From: Octopus bimaculoides | Lineage: Eukaryota | Direction: 5' to 3' | DNA: 64,000 bases | NCBI RefSeq assembly: GCF_001194135.2 | Contig: NC_068985.1 | Coordinates: 123,490,091 to 123,554,090, forward strand | In this document: in pieces, positions 48,270-59,130 of the stretch | Numbering within the stretch: position 1 is the stretch's first letter | How the letters are laid out: every line of letters starts with the position of its first letter | Made by a program: the position numbers and the translations under genes | Notes under the pieces: model-generated | Told to the model about the DNA's origin: nothing | The model's input: the letters and a program-made list of their open reading frames with translations, nothing else | Databases searched by the model: none

Positions 48270-49398
48270 CCCACCCTGAGCCTGCAAGATTTTCCCACCT
48301 CTTGTCTACCCAACACATCCCTCTATTACTCCTCTTACAATATCACTATTAAAATATCTGCACATATTTCTTCCTCTTTGTGCCACTAGTTACCACCGAC
48401 CACCTCTTTTACTAACCACTCCCTTTAACATCAATCTTTCTTTACCAATGTCATCTTTCACGATTTATTTTCTACAGCTCACCCTTTCTATACCATATTT
48501 CTCCCTGACCTCTGAGCTACATCTTAGCCATACATCATTTCTAACACTCTCTTCTACCAGCTGTCACTCTCACCACACCACCATCTCTGTTTTCCATACA
48601 CTATAGCCACCACTGCATACCTCTAACTTCCATCTGTGTTCTTGTACACCTCTTCCTCCTTCCTTAATATCTAATCTATTGATTGACTCATTATACTACT
48701 GTATTCCACCCCGTCTTACATTGCCACATCTTCTTTCTGGGCTATTTCGTTTACCTTCTCCTCCAAAATATTTACCACTGACCACACATCCACCCTCAAA
48801 CAATCATTCACTGCATTAGCCATTACATCCATCCATAATCATTAATCACTTTATTCTAACTCTTCTGTGAAATTATCTACTCTTTTATATCCCCAGTCCA
48901 TGTTTTCTCTTATATTTGTCTCCTTAAGTCTTGGCAGTATGTTCTTACACCTTGTCACAAACATCACTATCTTTTTTCCAGATATCCCCACACTGTCTGG
49001 TGTTATATGATGTAGCCATGTATTTTCTGTAAAGCAAGACACCTGTGCTATCATACTTTAGCCTCTTAGCATTTGGCATAATAGCACTACAACCTAGGTG
49101 GTGTGTTGTCATTGTTGCCATTGTTGTTGTTGATGATCTTCTTCTTCTTCTTCTTCTTCTTCTTCTTCTTCTTCTTCTTCTTCTTCTTCTTCTTCTTCTT
49201 CTTCTTCTTCTTCTTCTTCTTCTTCTCTTTTTTTCTTTGTCTTTGTCTTGCAAGTTACTCAGTGATCTTCACTTGTGCCAGTGTTAGGAAGGACATTCCG
49301 ATACTGGATTGTGATGATGCAGCAGTCCTCTGGATTGTTGGATCATGTCAAACCATCCAACTCATGCAAGTATGATGATGAGGATAATGATGATGATG
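48270..49398 (+). mobile_element. Degenerate RTE 3'UTR (CT-rich) with internal (CTT)n and a (GAT)n-like tail
   Basis: aaagcaagacacctgt at about 49030 matches RTE 3'UTRs at 2476 and 10375; gtgttaggaaggacattcc; gtcaaaccatccaactcatgcaagtatgatgatg. Confidence 0.6.
49137..49225. repeat. Perfect (CTT)n microsatellite
   Basis: Seen directly. Confidence 0.95.
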
Positions 49399-49404
49399 TG
49401 TGAA

Positions 49405-49442
<38 letters not shown>

Positions 49443-49445
<3 letters not shown>

Positions 49446-49645
49446 GAAAGGGTGTGAGAGAAAAACAGAAAGGATGAAGAACAAGAGAGGGAGAGAGATG
49501 GACAGAAAGGGGATATATATATGTCTATCTCTCTCCCTCTCTTGTTCTTCATCCTTTCTGTTTTTCTCTCCCACCCTTTCCCTTTCTTCTCCTCTCNNNN
49601 NNNNNNNNNNNNNNNNNNNNNNNNNNNNNNNNNNNNNNNNNNNNN

Positions 49646-49683
<38 letters not shown>

Positions 49684-49835
49684 GAAAGGGTGTGAGAGAA
49701 AAACAGAAAGGATGAAGAACAAGAGAGGGAGAGAGATGGACAGAAAGGGGATATATATATGTCTATCTCTCTCCCTCTCTTGTTCTTCATCCTTTCTGTT
49801 TTTCTCTCCCACCCTTTCCCTTTCTTCTCCTCTCC
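49443..49835. repeat. 57-bp-arm purine/pyrimidine hairpin, present twice around an N-gap
   Basis: 49443-49499 pairs with 49527-49583 (1 mismatch); the whole block recurs at about 49681-49835. Confidence 0.9.
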
Positions 49836-50456
49836 CCTTCACCATTCCCTCTTTCTTTCTCTCTTCCTCCTTGACTCTCTTGTCGCTAACATGTGACGAA
49901 AGGGGATCTATCTTTTCATCCATTTTCTTCCTAAAGAAAAGACGTGCTTCACCTGTCTCCTCTCATGGCTCGTTCTCCTTGCATTCATAATAATTTTTCT
50001 ATCGTCTTGGCTCAACAGCCCTCACCGTTTGGTTTTTTCTGTCTTGTTCTCACTGTCCTGTTTTTGTTAACACTTTCACCCTCCACAAAAAATCCCAAAT
50101 TTTATTTAATTTGCTTTGCGGAAAGGACGGTTTCAACAAAGTCGCGTATTGTCCTTACCTTCGAAACATGGAGTAGATGAAACAGGGACAACTGAAGAAG
50201 GGGTATATTCTTTATGTCGAATGTCTCATTTCTCTGATTTTTTCATTGTTCGATAAAAAGTTCGTTTTCTATGTTATAGTTTTTATGTTTTCGTTTCTCA
50301 TTGTTGTTTAACGTTTATTTTTATGTCCTGTACCCATATATACATGTATATATACATATAGATGTAGGTATGTACATATATGTATGTATATATACATATA
50401 TTTATATATTATTTATATTATTATATGATCGAACGCCACACATCCTTTTCCAAGTA

Positions 50457-50489
<33 letters not shown>

Positions 50490-50855
50490 NNNNNNNNNNN
50501 NNNNNNNNNNNNNNNNNNNNNNNNNNNNNNNNNNNNNNNNNNNNNNNNNNNNNNNNNNNNNNNNNNNNNNNNNNNNNNNNNNNNNNNNNNNNNNNNNNNN
50601 NNNNNNNNNNNNNNNNNNNNNNNNNNNNNNNNNNNNNNNNNNNNNNNNNNNNNNNNNNNNNNNNNNNNNNNNNNNNNNNNNNNNNNNNNNNNNNNNNNNN
50701 NNNNNNNNNNNNNNNNNNNNNNNNNNNNNNNATATATACACATAGATACATAGAGCTATATACACTGATGTTTCCTGGGGTCATTAGGTATTTCAGTCAT
50801 TTTTCATACACCATCACCAGGACACCAGGATGGTGTATGGAAAAGTATGTATGTA

Positions 50856-50920
<65 letters not shown>

Positions 50921-51942
50921 ATGCACATGTGTTTGTTTGTATGTAATTTGATCTTCCCAATGCAAGCTCTTTGTTTTGTTTCTTTTCTTTGCTTTATGCC
51001 TATTTGCATATTTGGTAATATCTAATTATAAATTTTTTTCACCAATTTAAACTTTTTTAATGTTCTTTTATGTTCTGGGTGAGTTTATTGCAATGAATTA
51101 ATGTGTGTGTATCTCTCTTTGACACCTTAACATCATAACCTAAACACTTGTATATTCTTTCTAACAATTGTTTAAATCTTTAATTGCACATGTTATTTTT
51201 ATTTCTACTCTTTACTTTTCCTCTTATCATTGGCTGATGCATGAATCATGTCTGTATTACAAAGGTAAAATTGCTATGATAAACCATATTGCACCATACC
51301 ATCTGACGATGTAGCTGATGGTCGATATAATATGTACCAATCTTTGAATATTGATTATTGACAGCTGAAACTATTGCAATGGAATTATTGAAATGCCAAC
51401 AATCTGCTTTCTGGTTATTCTTTTAAACTGTATATGGCTCTTCCTACTGTGAAATAGCCCTAACCTGCAGTGATATTCTACAAGATGCATTATACTGCAG
51501 TGGGGGCTTAATGTAGCTTGATGTTTGAACCGCAAACTTATATATAATGGCATGTTACACACTTGGTGTATCTGTTTCTACTGATTCTGCTCTACCATGC
51601 TGAGCCCTTCTGAAAAATAACCTGGACACAACCATATATATACACGTTTATATATTTTTCCCTCGTTGGTGATGCTCTGTTCTTATTGTATATTTTTTGG
51701 TAATTTGTCCTGTACTTATGACTCATTTGTCTACGTAATTTTCACTTGTTGGTGATATCCTGTACTTGATGTATTTTATATACATACATACATACATACA
51801 TACATACATACATAAATATATATATATATATATCTATATATATANNNNNNNNNNNNNNNNNNNNNNNNNNNNNNNNNNNNNNNNNNNNNNNNNNNNNNNN
51901 NNNNNNNNNNNNNNNNNNNNNNNNNNNNNNNNNNNNNNNNNN

Positions 51943-51975
<33 letters not shown>

Positions 51976-52012
51976 AAAAGAGTTTTGACGCTGATATCCA
52001 TTATTATTGAAA

Positions 52013-52095
52013 TTTATTCCTATGTCAACATTTCTGTATAAGGCTATATTTAACTGTCAAATATATAATTTAGCTTATACATCTTCAGGGTAAAA
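52013..52095 (-). ncRNA. Type I hammerhead ribozyme motif in the 3' region of the Penelope-like element
   Basis: Minus strand: TTTTACC-CTGAAGA-TGTATAAG..CTTATACA-GAAA-TG(ttga)CA-TA-GGAATAAA. 8-bp stem II, AUA cleavage triplet, weak stem I. Confidence 0.7.
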
Positions 52096-52390
52096 GGTAA
52101 CGAACAAAAAGTAAACACCAAAAACATCGTCTCTAAGTCTAGTTCATATTCACATTTCTCCTTAAATAACTCCTTAAATAAATTCCTCCTTGAATAAAGG
52201 TCCATCAAAGGGAGAAAACCCCTTATAATATTATTAATTAATTATAAACAATCACATATTACAATGGAAATCTATATTATATTATCTCTAGAAACTTTAG
52301 CAAATAATCACAACTGCTATTGGTAAATTATTCATTGATATGGCCTGCCTTAAGACCTAATATTATACTATATGTACGTGTGTATGTGGT

Positions 52391-52600
52391 TGTGTGTCTG
52401 TGTCTGTACCCCCAACATCGCTTGACAACCGATGCTGGTGTGTTTACGTCCCCGTAACTTAGCGGTTCGGCAAAAGAAACCGATAGAATAAGTACTAGGC
52501 TTCCAAAGAATAAATCCTGGGGTCGATTTGCTCGACTAAAGGCGGTGCTCCAGCATGGCCGCAGTCAAAAGACTGAAACAAGTAAAAGAGTAAAAAGAGA
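52391..52600 (+). mobile_element. Young SINE family B 3' half, inserted in the Penelope 3'UTR
   Basis: Near-identical to 32770-32978. Confidence 0.93.
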
Positions 52601-53619
52601 GTATAATACCCGGTCATACTGCAATTTATAACTCATTTAAACCAGAGAAACGTGTGTTTTGGATAATGGGTACATCTGAGAGCATTATTTGTTAGTTTAT
52701 TTATCAACTTACCCTTAGAGAATAATATAAAATATAGTTCTAAATTACATAACGAGCAATATCTCTTACCTTTGTCATATGGAAAAGGCCTCCCAATGAT
52801 TGACCATTCTAGCGAATATTGCTTTTTTTGTTCTTTCAGTTCCCAAATGAATTTACTAAAACTAGTACTTGCTATTTTACTTCTATCTCTAAAGGTACTA
52901 TAATGATTAGATAATCTTTTACAGATTTGTCCCGAAGTAAACCCTAGGTATCGGCTAACATCTGTCTGAGTCCTTACCTTACATTGATAAACTACATTTC
53001 TAACTCTCGCATTAGGGCCTTCAAACTTCAATCTTCTGGGGTTGACCTCTGTTACTGTAACCATATTCCGATTATTATAACTATTATTGTTATTATTATT
53101 ATTATTATCATTTATATCGGGGTTCATATCGCTATCCTCCCCAATTCCTTTTGATTTAAGTATTTTAAAATTATGAGCTGCAATTATTTGGGCTAAGTTC
53201 ATAGTGTTTGAGAAACCAAACCTAATGCCATGTATATTAATAATTTTACCATAGTGTGAATTCTTTGGGAAATATCTGCTTATCACCTCTCTAAACTGTG
53301 CAATCAAATTAGATTTAACATTTCTACCAAAAGGAACTATGAACCATATATTATCATCTTTAGTATTATCACAGTCACTAGTATAATTCTTAAAAAAATT
53401 TAAATTACCTATGTTACGTTTATGAATATCTCTGGGTTTATTTTCCTTATTTCCACTTAGTTTATTCTTATACCTATTATTCTTATCTGTCTTAATGTTG
53501 TTACTATCAGGTTCAATATAGTAAACCTTCTCTCTGTATCCTGCCCTATTTAATGCCGAATTATAGAATTGAGCTTCATTATCAAAAATCTTATCANNNN
53601 NNNNNNNNNNNNNNNNNNN

Positions 53620-53835
53620 TTGGATGTGACATTAGATATTAAAAATGAGGCATATAGACCATATCATAAACCTTCAACTAACCTAAAATATATAAGTAAG
53701 TGGAGTAACCATCCTAGAAAAATTATCGATAATTTTTCTAGGATGGTTACTCCACTTACTTATATATTTTAGGTTAGTTGAAGGTTTATGATATGGTCTA
53801 TATGCCTCATTTTTAATATCTAATGTCACATCCAA
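53620..53835. repeat. Perfect spacer-less 108-bp-arm palindrome abutting an N-gap
   Basis: Centre ...aaaattatc|gataatttt... between 53727 and 53728; ttggatgtgac...gtcacatccaa. Confidence 0.95.
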
Positions 53836-54007
53836 GAAATTTGCTACAGAAATATCGTCTTCATAAACGATATTTTAAATTTGATATTTAACCAAGGAGA
53901 TCAATCCTTAAGGAGTCTACTTTAGACCTTTGGGGAGAAATCTCTTGCTATATTGGTAGCGATTACATGCTTTTCTCATCAATACATTGTGGAGATATCA
54001 TCATATG

Positions 54008-54047
<40 letters not shown>

Positions 54048-54215
54048 AGTGTATTCATATTTTTTCAATGTTTAAAAATAACACAGAAAAAAAAAGTTAC
54101 CGGGATAGCAATAATTCACACAAGTACCAAGGATGTAACAGCCTACTTATAAAGGTAGAAGTTCCAGGCTTTGTTGAAATGTTTTTGTATAACATAGATA
54201 AATATATAAATTGAG

Positions 54216-55516
54216 TTAAACACAGGTGTTATTCAAATATTTTTACTTCCAATATATACCAAGAAAACAGTGGTATTATTCCAGAAGGAATAAAATGATG
54301 TAAAACAATGCAATCTTCTCATTAAGGAAAGAAAGAAGACAAGCACATCAATAAGACATTTTAACAGAATGTGATGACTGTGCATATATTGAAGGGAATG
54401 CTAGCAAGCTTTTTTACAAAAAACTTTAAATAGATATAATGTCAAAGGTAATTTATGGAAAGAGAAGAAGGAGAAAGAAAGAAGTTAGCAGAAAACTAAG
54501 AGTCGAGAGATATAGAGCGATAATTAATAGGAGTAAAGCTTAAAGGCTTGGAATTAGATATATTTAGAGGAAGTGAAATGTAAGAAGACAGTCAAAGATC
54601 CACTTTTATAGAATGGTAGAAATTACTTATAGGAACTAAATGTATGTCTCTGCCAATGCTTGTAACAATAGATACATACTATATACGTGTTTACAAGAGG
54701 ATTCTCTGAGAAGAGGATGCAATACATTTCATTGTTACAAAGCGGACAAAAAGATTTACCTTTATCATATGGAAATGATATAGATAGAATATTCCATTCC
54801 AAATCAAATTGTTTATTATGATCCTTTAGATACTAACAAAATTTACTGAGCCCAGTATTGTTATGTTTATTGATATGTCTAAATGTAACAATATTGGGCT
54901 AAGTAAATTAATTTGGTATCTAAAGGATTTGATTTTGAAAGGAATATTCTATCTATATCATTTCCATATGATAAAGGTAAATCTTTTTGTCTGCTTTGTA
55001 ACAATCAAATGTATTGCATCCTCTTCTCAGAGAATCCTCTTGTAAACACATATATAGAATGCATTTATTGTTACAAACATTGGCAAAGACATACCTGTAG
55101 TTCCTATAAGTGATTTCTACCATTCTATGAAATTGGATCTTTGACTGTCTTCTTACATTTCACTTCCACTGAATATATCTAATTCCAAGACTTTAAGCTT
55201 TATTCCTATTCACCAATGGCTCTATATCTCTCCACTATTAGTTTTCTGCTAGTTTCTTTCTTTCTCCTCCTTCTCTTTCCATAAATTACCTTTGATATTA
55301 TATCTATTTAAAGTTTTTTTTAAAAAAAGCTTGCTAGCATTCCCTTCATAGTCATCACATTCTGTTAAAATGTCTTATTGATGTGTTTGGTTTCTTTCTT
55401 TCCCTGATGAGAAGATTGCATTGTTTCACATCATTTTATTCCTTCTGGAATAATACTAATGTTTTCTTCGAAACATATGTTGGAAGTAAAACAATTTGAA
55501 TGACACCTGCATTTAA
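54216..55516. mobile_element. ~1.3-kb diverged palindrome built from two head-to-head Penelope-like 3' ends (endonuclease C-terminus plus 3'UTR)
   Basis: Arms align by reverse complement throughout, centre near 54875. Right arm encodes IGLSKLIWYLKD..FPYDKGKSFCLLCNNQMYCILFSENPLVN..CYKH, homologous to the 52.6-kb ORF. Confidence 0.92.
55399..55486 (+). ncRNA. Type I hammerhead ribozyme with intact core
   Basis: TTTCC-CTGATGA-GAAGA[loop]TCTTC-GAAA-C(atat)G-TT-GGAAG. Stem II closed by G-C, palindromic stem III ACATATGT, GUU cleavage triplet. Confidence 0.82.
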
Positions 55517-55866
55517 TGATAATAATGCTTTCATATAGTTACTTTTTTATTATTTACGATAGTTTTCTCTTTAAACGAAGCGAGACATTTAAAGTTCGAA
55601 ACACACATGAGTTGACGTAGGAATATTTTGGTAATAGATGTTGCTATCTTCAACTGAAGATTGCAGAGCATGTTTTCTCATGCACAGCATGAAGTCAATT
55701 GATATTGGGGTATTTAAACTATCTTCAAATTCCATCTTGAAGGTAGGCCTATTTTTTAAAGTGTTCATTGCAATGCTTGTGTGCGTATTTATCATAGAAT
55801 TGGTGGTTTTGAAGCTTTCGTTTTCATCTTTGGCAAGTGGTATTTTTCCCCTTCTTTTATTCAAAT

Positions 55867-55973
<107 letters not shown>

Positions 55974-55989
55974 ACATTGATGTCTATCA

Positions 55990-56480
55990 CCCCTTTAACA
56001 GGATTTGATGCAAGTTATCTTATTTGATTAAAACTTTCAGAAATTTTAACACCAGGCAAATTGATGGGAATATACTCTCTTACATCTATAATCACAGCCT
56101 GCCCAAGAACTGGCAAAACACCTACCTTCTGTATTTGTGTTTGATATTATTTATATCACTCAGGCTGCTTCTCATTCCTATTTGAATTTTTTCCATGGTA
56201 TAAAATGTTGGGACATACCAGCAGATTTTGCATATAACCATAGACAATGATTTAGCTTGCATCTGGCTTCATTTTGGGCGTGTAGTATTGATAAGTCACA
56301 AAAATTAGGAAACATTGATGTTTATTCCTCCTGTAATGGGACCTGATGCAAGTTATCTTGCTTGTCTATGACTTCCAAGCAAATTGAATAGAATATACTC
56401 TCTTACATTAATAATTGCAGCCTGCCCATGAACTGGCAAAACACACACCGTGTGTATGTGTGCTTGATATTGTTTATATA
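55990..56480 (+). repeat. Diverged ~160-bp direct repeat pair (55990-56160 and 56330-56480)
   Basis: Both contain gatgcaagttatctt, gaatatactctcttacat, cagcctgccca.gaactggcaaaacac and ttgatatt.tttatat. Confidence 0.85.
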
Positions 56481-57130
56481 TATATATATNNNNNNNNNNN
56501 NNNNNNNNNNNNNNNNNNNNNNNNNNNNNNNNNNNNNNNNNNNNNNNNNNNNNNNNNNNNNNNNNNNNNNNNNNNNNNNNNNNNNNNNNNNNNNNNNNNN
56601 NNNNNNNNNNNNNNNNNNNNNNNNNNNNNNNNNNNNNNNNNNNNNNNNNNNNNNNNNNNNNNNNNNNNNNNNNNNNNNNNNNNNNNNNNNNNNNNNNNNN
56701 NNNNNNNNNNNNNNNNNNNNNNNNNNNNNNNNNNNNNNNNNNNNNNNNNNNNNNNNNNNNNNNNNNNNNNNNNNNNNNNNNNNNNNNNNNNNNNNNNNNN
56801 NNNNNNNNNNNNNNNNNNNNNNNNNNNNNNNNNNNNNNNNNNNNNNNNNNNNNNNNNNNNNNNNNNNNNNNNNNNNNNNNNNNNNNNNNNNNNNNNNNNN
56901 NNNNNNNNNNNNNNNNNNNNNNNNNNNNNNNNNNNNNNNNNNNNNNNNNNNNNNNNCATAAATTCCAAAATAAAATTTTGGATTTATGGAGGGTCAAAGT
57001 TGGGAACAAAAAAAAATGACAGTAGAGACATACAAGGAAACTGAATGAAAACAAACATGGAGGGTCGTTAGACCAGAGCGAAAAGAAAATAGTGAATGCT
57101 GGGAGAAACATTTTTGAAAAGAGAATGCAG

Positions 57131-57179
<49 letters not shown>

Positions 57180-58450
57180 ATATATTATATATTATTTATT
57201 CTATAGGAAAGATAAGGAAAAGCTCAAGTTTGTATTAAAGTACATTAAAGTTCTTATGCATGTTTCACCATTGTGATTGTTTGGAGCCTTCTGATAGAAG
57301 TTTCAGACGTGTATAGATACTCAACCACAACTAGTCCTCAGGAAACACTTTATTGTATCGAGTTACAGATATGGACAGAAAATAAGGGGAGCAGTTGAAC
57401 TAGTTTTAACCTTCACTGTGATTTAACCATCATCTGACTACTCTTTGCTAATTGTTCAAGATGATATATTCAAGCTGATCCCTTCATAGATGTTTTAAGG
57501 ATCTAACTCAGATAAAAATCTTGTGGACAATGTTAAGGAGTAAATTTCAACTTCTCTAATTAGTGTTATCATCATTGTAATTGCACCATGTAACATGATT
57601 TTTGTCCTTGGGTATCAACTGTTATTTCCTATTTGCTTACCCCTAGAAAGTATGGAAAATGTCTACTATTTCCTTCAAACTTTGCTTTTGTTACATTTAT
57701 TCAAACCCCAAAGAGTCTCTCTTGACACATGGCTATGATGCTTCCCAACTACTCCTGTTTGTGATCAGCGATGCATATATTGTCAGCCCCTAAGGGACGT
57801 GCTCAAGTGGTTCTGGTCAAGTGACTGACAAGCAAATCTGTGGTTTCGAAGAGAATATTTGCTATAATGATATTTCTGCATTTGTAACTCAATACTGAAT
57901 CTGTCTGAAATGTAATGGAAAATAGGTCAGTTTCAAAACATTGATGTCCAGGTCACAAAAGCAAAGTTTGAAGGGAATAATAGTCATTTCCTTTGATTTC
58001 TAGATAGAAACAAGCAGGAAATAACACTTATTGACCAAAGACAAAAAAAAATTTTAAAAAACAAAAACAAGAAAAAAAAAACTGTTACACAGTGTAGTTA
58101 TTGTTATTATCATTATGATAGTTGTTTCTTCAACTGTTTTTTTACTTTTCATTTCTTTTGTTTGTATCATAATTGCAAATACCTTCTCCCCATATTTAGA
58201 TTTCAACTTGTAATCCTTTTAAACCAAATCTACACAAGGTTTTCTTGGCATATATTTATTTATTTCTTACATACAATATAAAAGTGCAATTTGAACAGGA
58301 CAGGGAAATAAAGAAGTTTCAATTGGGATGCTATTCATTCACAAGTTTGAAAGCAACTTTTTTTGGTTTTATTATTTCTTTTTTGCAGCTTATCAATATT
58401 AATAACAACAGGAATAAAAAATATAGTACTTTGACAATACATATCCAGTT

Positions 58451-58481
<31 letters not shown>

Positions 58482-58629
58482 TATTTATTTATTCATGGAT
58501 TCATACATGCATACATTCATTTTTCTTTTGTAGAAAAAAAATCATTCTAGTCTCCTAGCAACTTTAATATTCCGCCAAAATGACCTCGTATTCACTCCTC
58601 AGCAAATCTTTATACAGCTTTATCTTTGA

Positions 58630-59027
58630 AAGAGAGAGAGAAAGAGAGGGAGAGAGAGAGAGAGAAAGAGGGAGAGAGAGAAAGAGAGGGATAGAGAGAG
58701 AAAAAGAGGGAGAGAGAGAAAGAGAGGGAGTGAGAGAGGAGAGAGAAAGAAAGTGAGATAAAAAGAAAGCATGAGAGAGAAAGAGAGAGAGCTAAAAAGA
58801 AAGCAAGACAGACAAAGAGAGAGAGAAAAGGAAAAGGAGATTGAGTGAGAGAGAGAGAGAGAGAGGAGAGTGAGGGGAGAGAGAGATGGGAGAGAGAGAG
58901 AAGAAGAAAGTGAGAGTGAGAAAGAAAGACACATAAAAAGGCGAGAAAAGAAAGGGGAGAGTAAGAAAGAGAGAGGGAGAGAGAGAAAGAAATAGATCGA
59001 TCGATAGATAGATAGACAGACAGACAG

Positions 59028-59122
<95 letters not shown>

Positions 59123-59130
59123 TAGACAGA
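58630..59130. repeat. (GA)n/(GATA)n-rich low-complexity tract
   Basis: Seen directly. Confidence 0.95.

Larger units (their letters stand above)
52013..54005 (-). mobile_element. Penelope-like retroelement (Naiad-type): partial RT thumb, linker, GIY-YIG endonuclease, 3'UTR with hammerhead
   Basis: VANFLDVTLDIKNEAYRPYHKP..YISKWSNHPRKII at 53847-53722, then a stop-free frame at 53595-52633: FYNSALNRAGY..NIWFIVPFGRNVKSN..YFPKNSHYGKI..IIAAHNFKIL..VVYQCKV..YLGFTSGQICKRLSNHYSTFR..FSKFIWELKE..CSLCNLELYFI..LINK..CTHYPKH. Confidence 0.93.

Noticed and set aside
48851-49054. Minus ORF with CFTENTWL resembling an APE endonuclease motif
   Set aside because: The + strand matches the RTE 3'UTR motif gcaagacacct and no other APE motifs follow; likely coincidence.
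50150-50200. CGAAAC ... CTGAAGA as a permuted (type II) hammerhead
   Set aside because: No stem III/NUH or stem I can be formed, and the stem II register does not fit.
46500-52635. Selenocysteine recoding, known in some Naiad elements
   Set aside because: Stops in the 46-kb copy are a TAG and a TGA at a conserved Trp position. The TGA at 52633 follows the normal C-terminus. I could not identify a SECIS.
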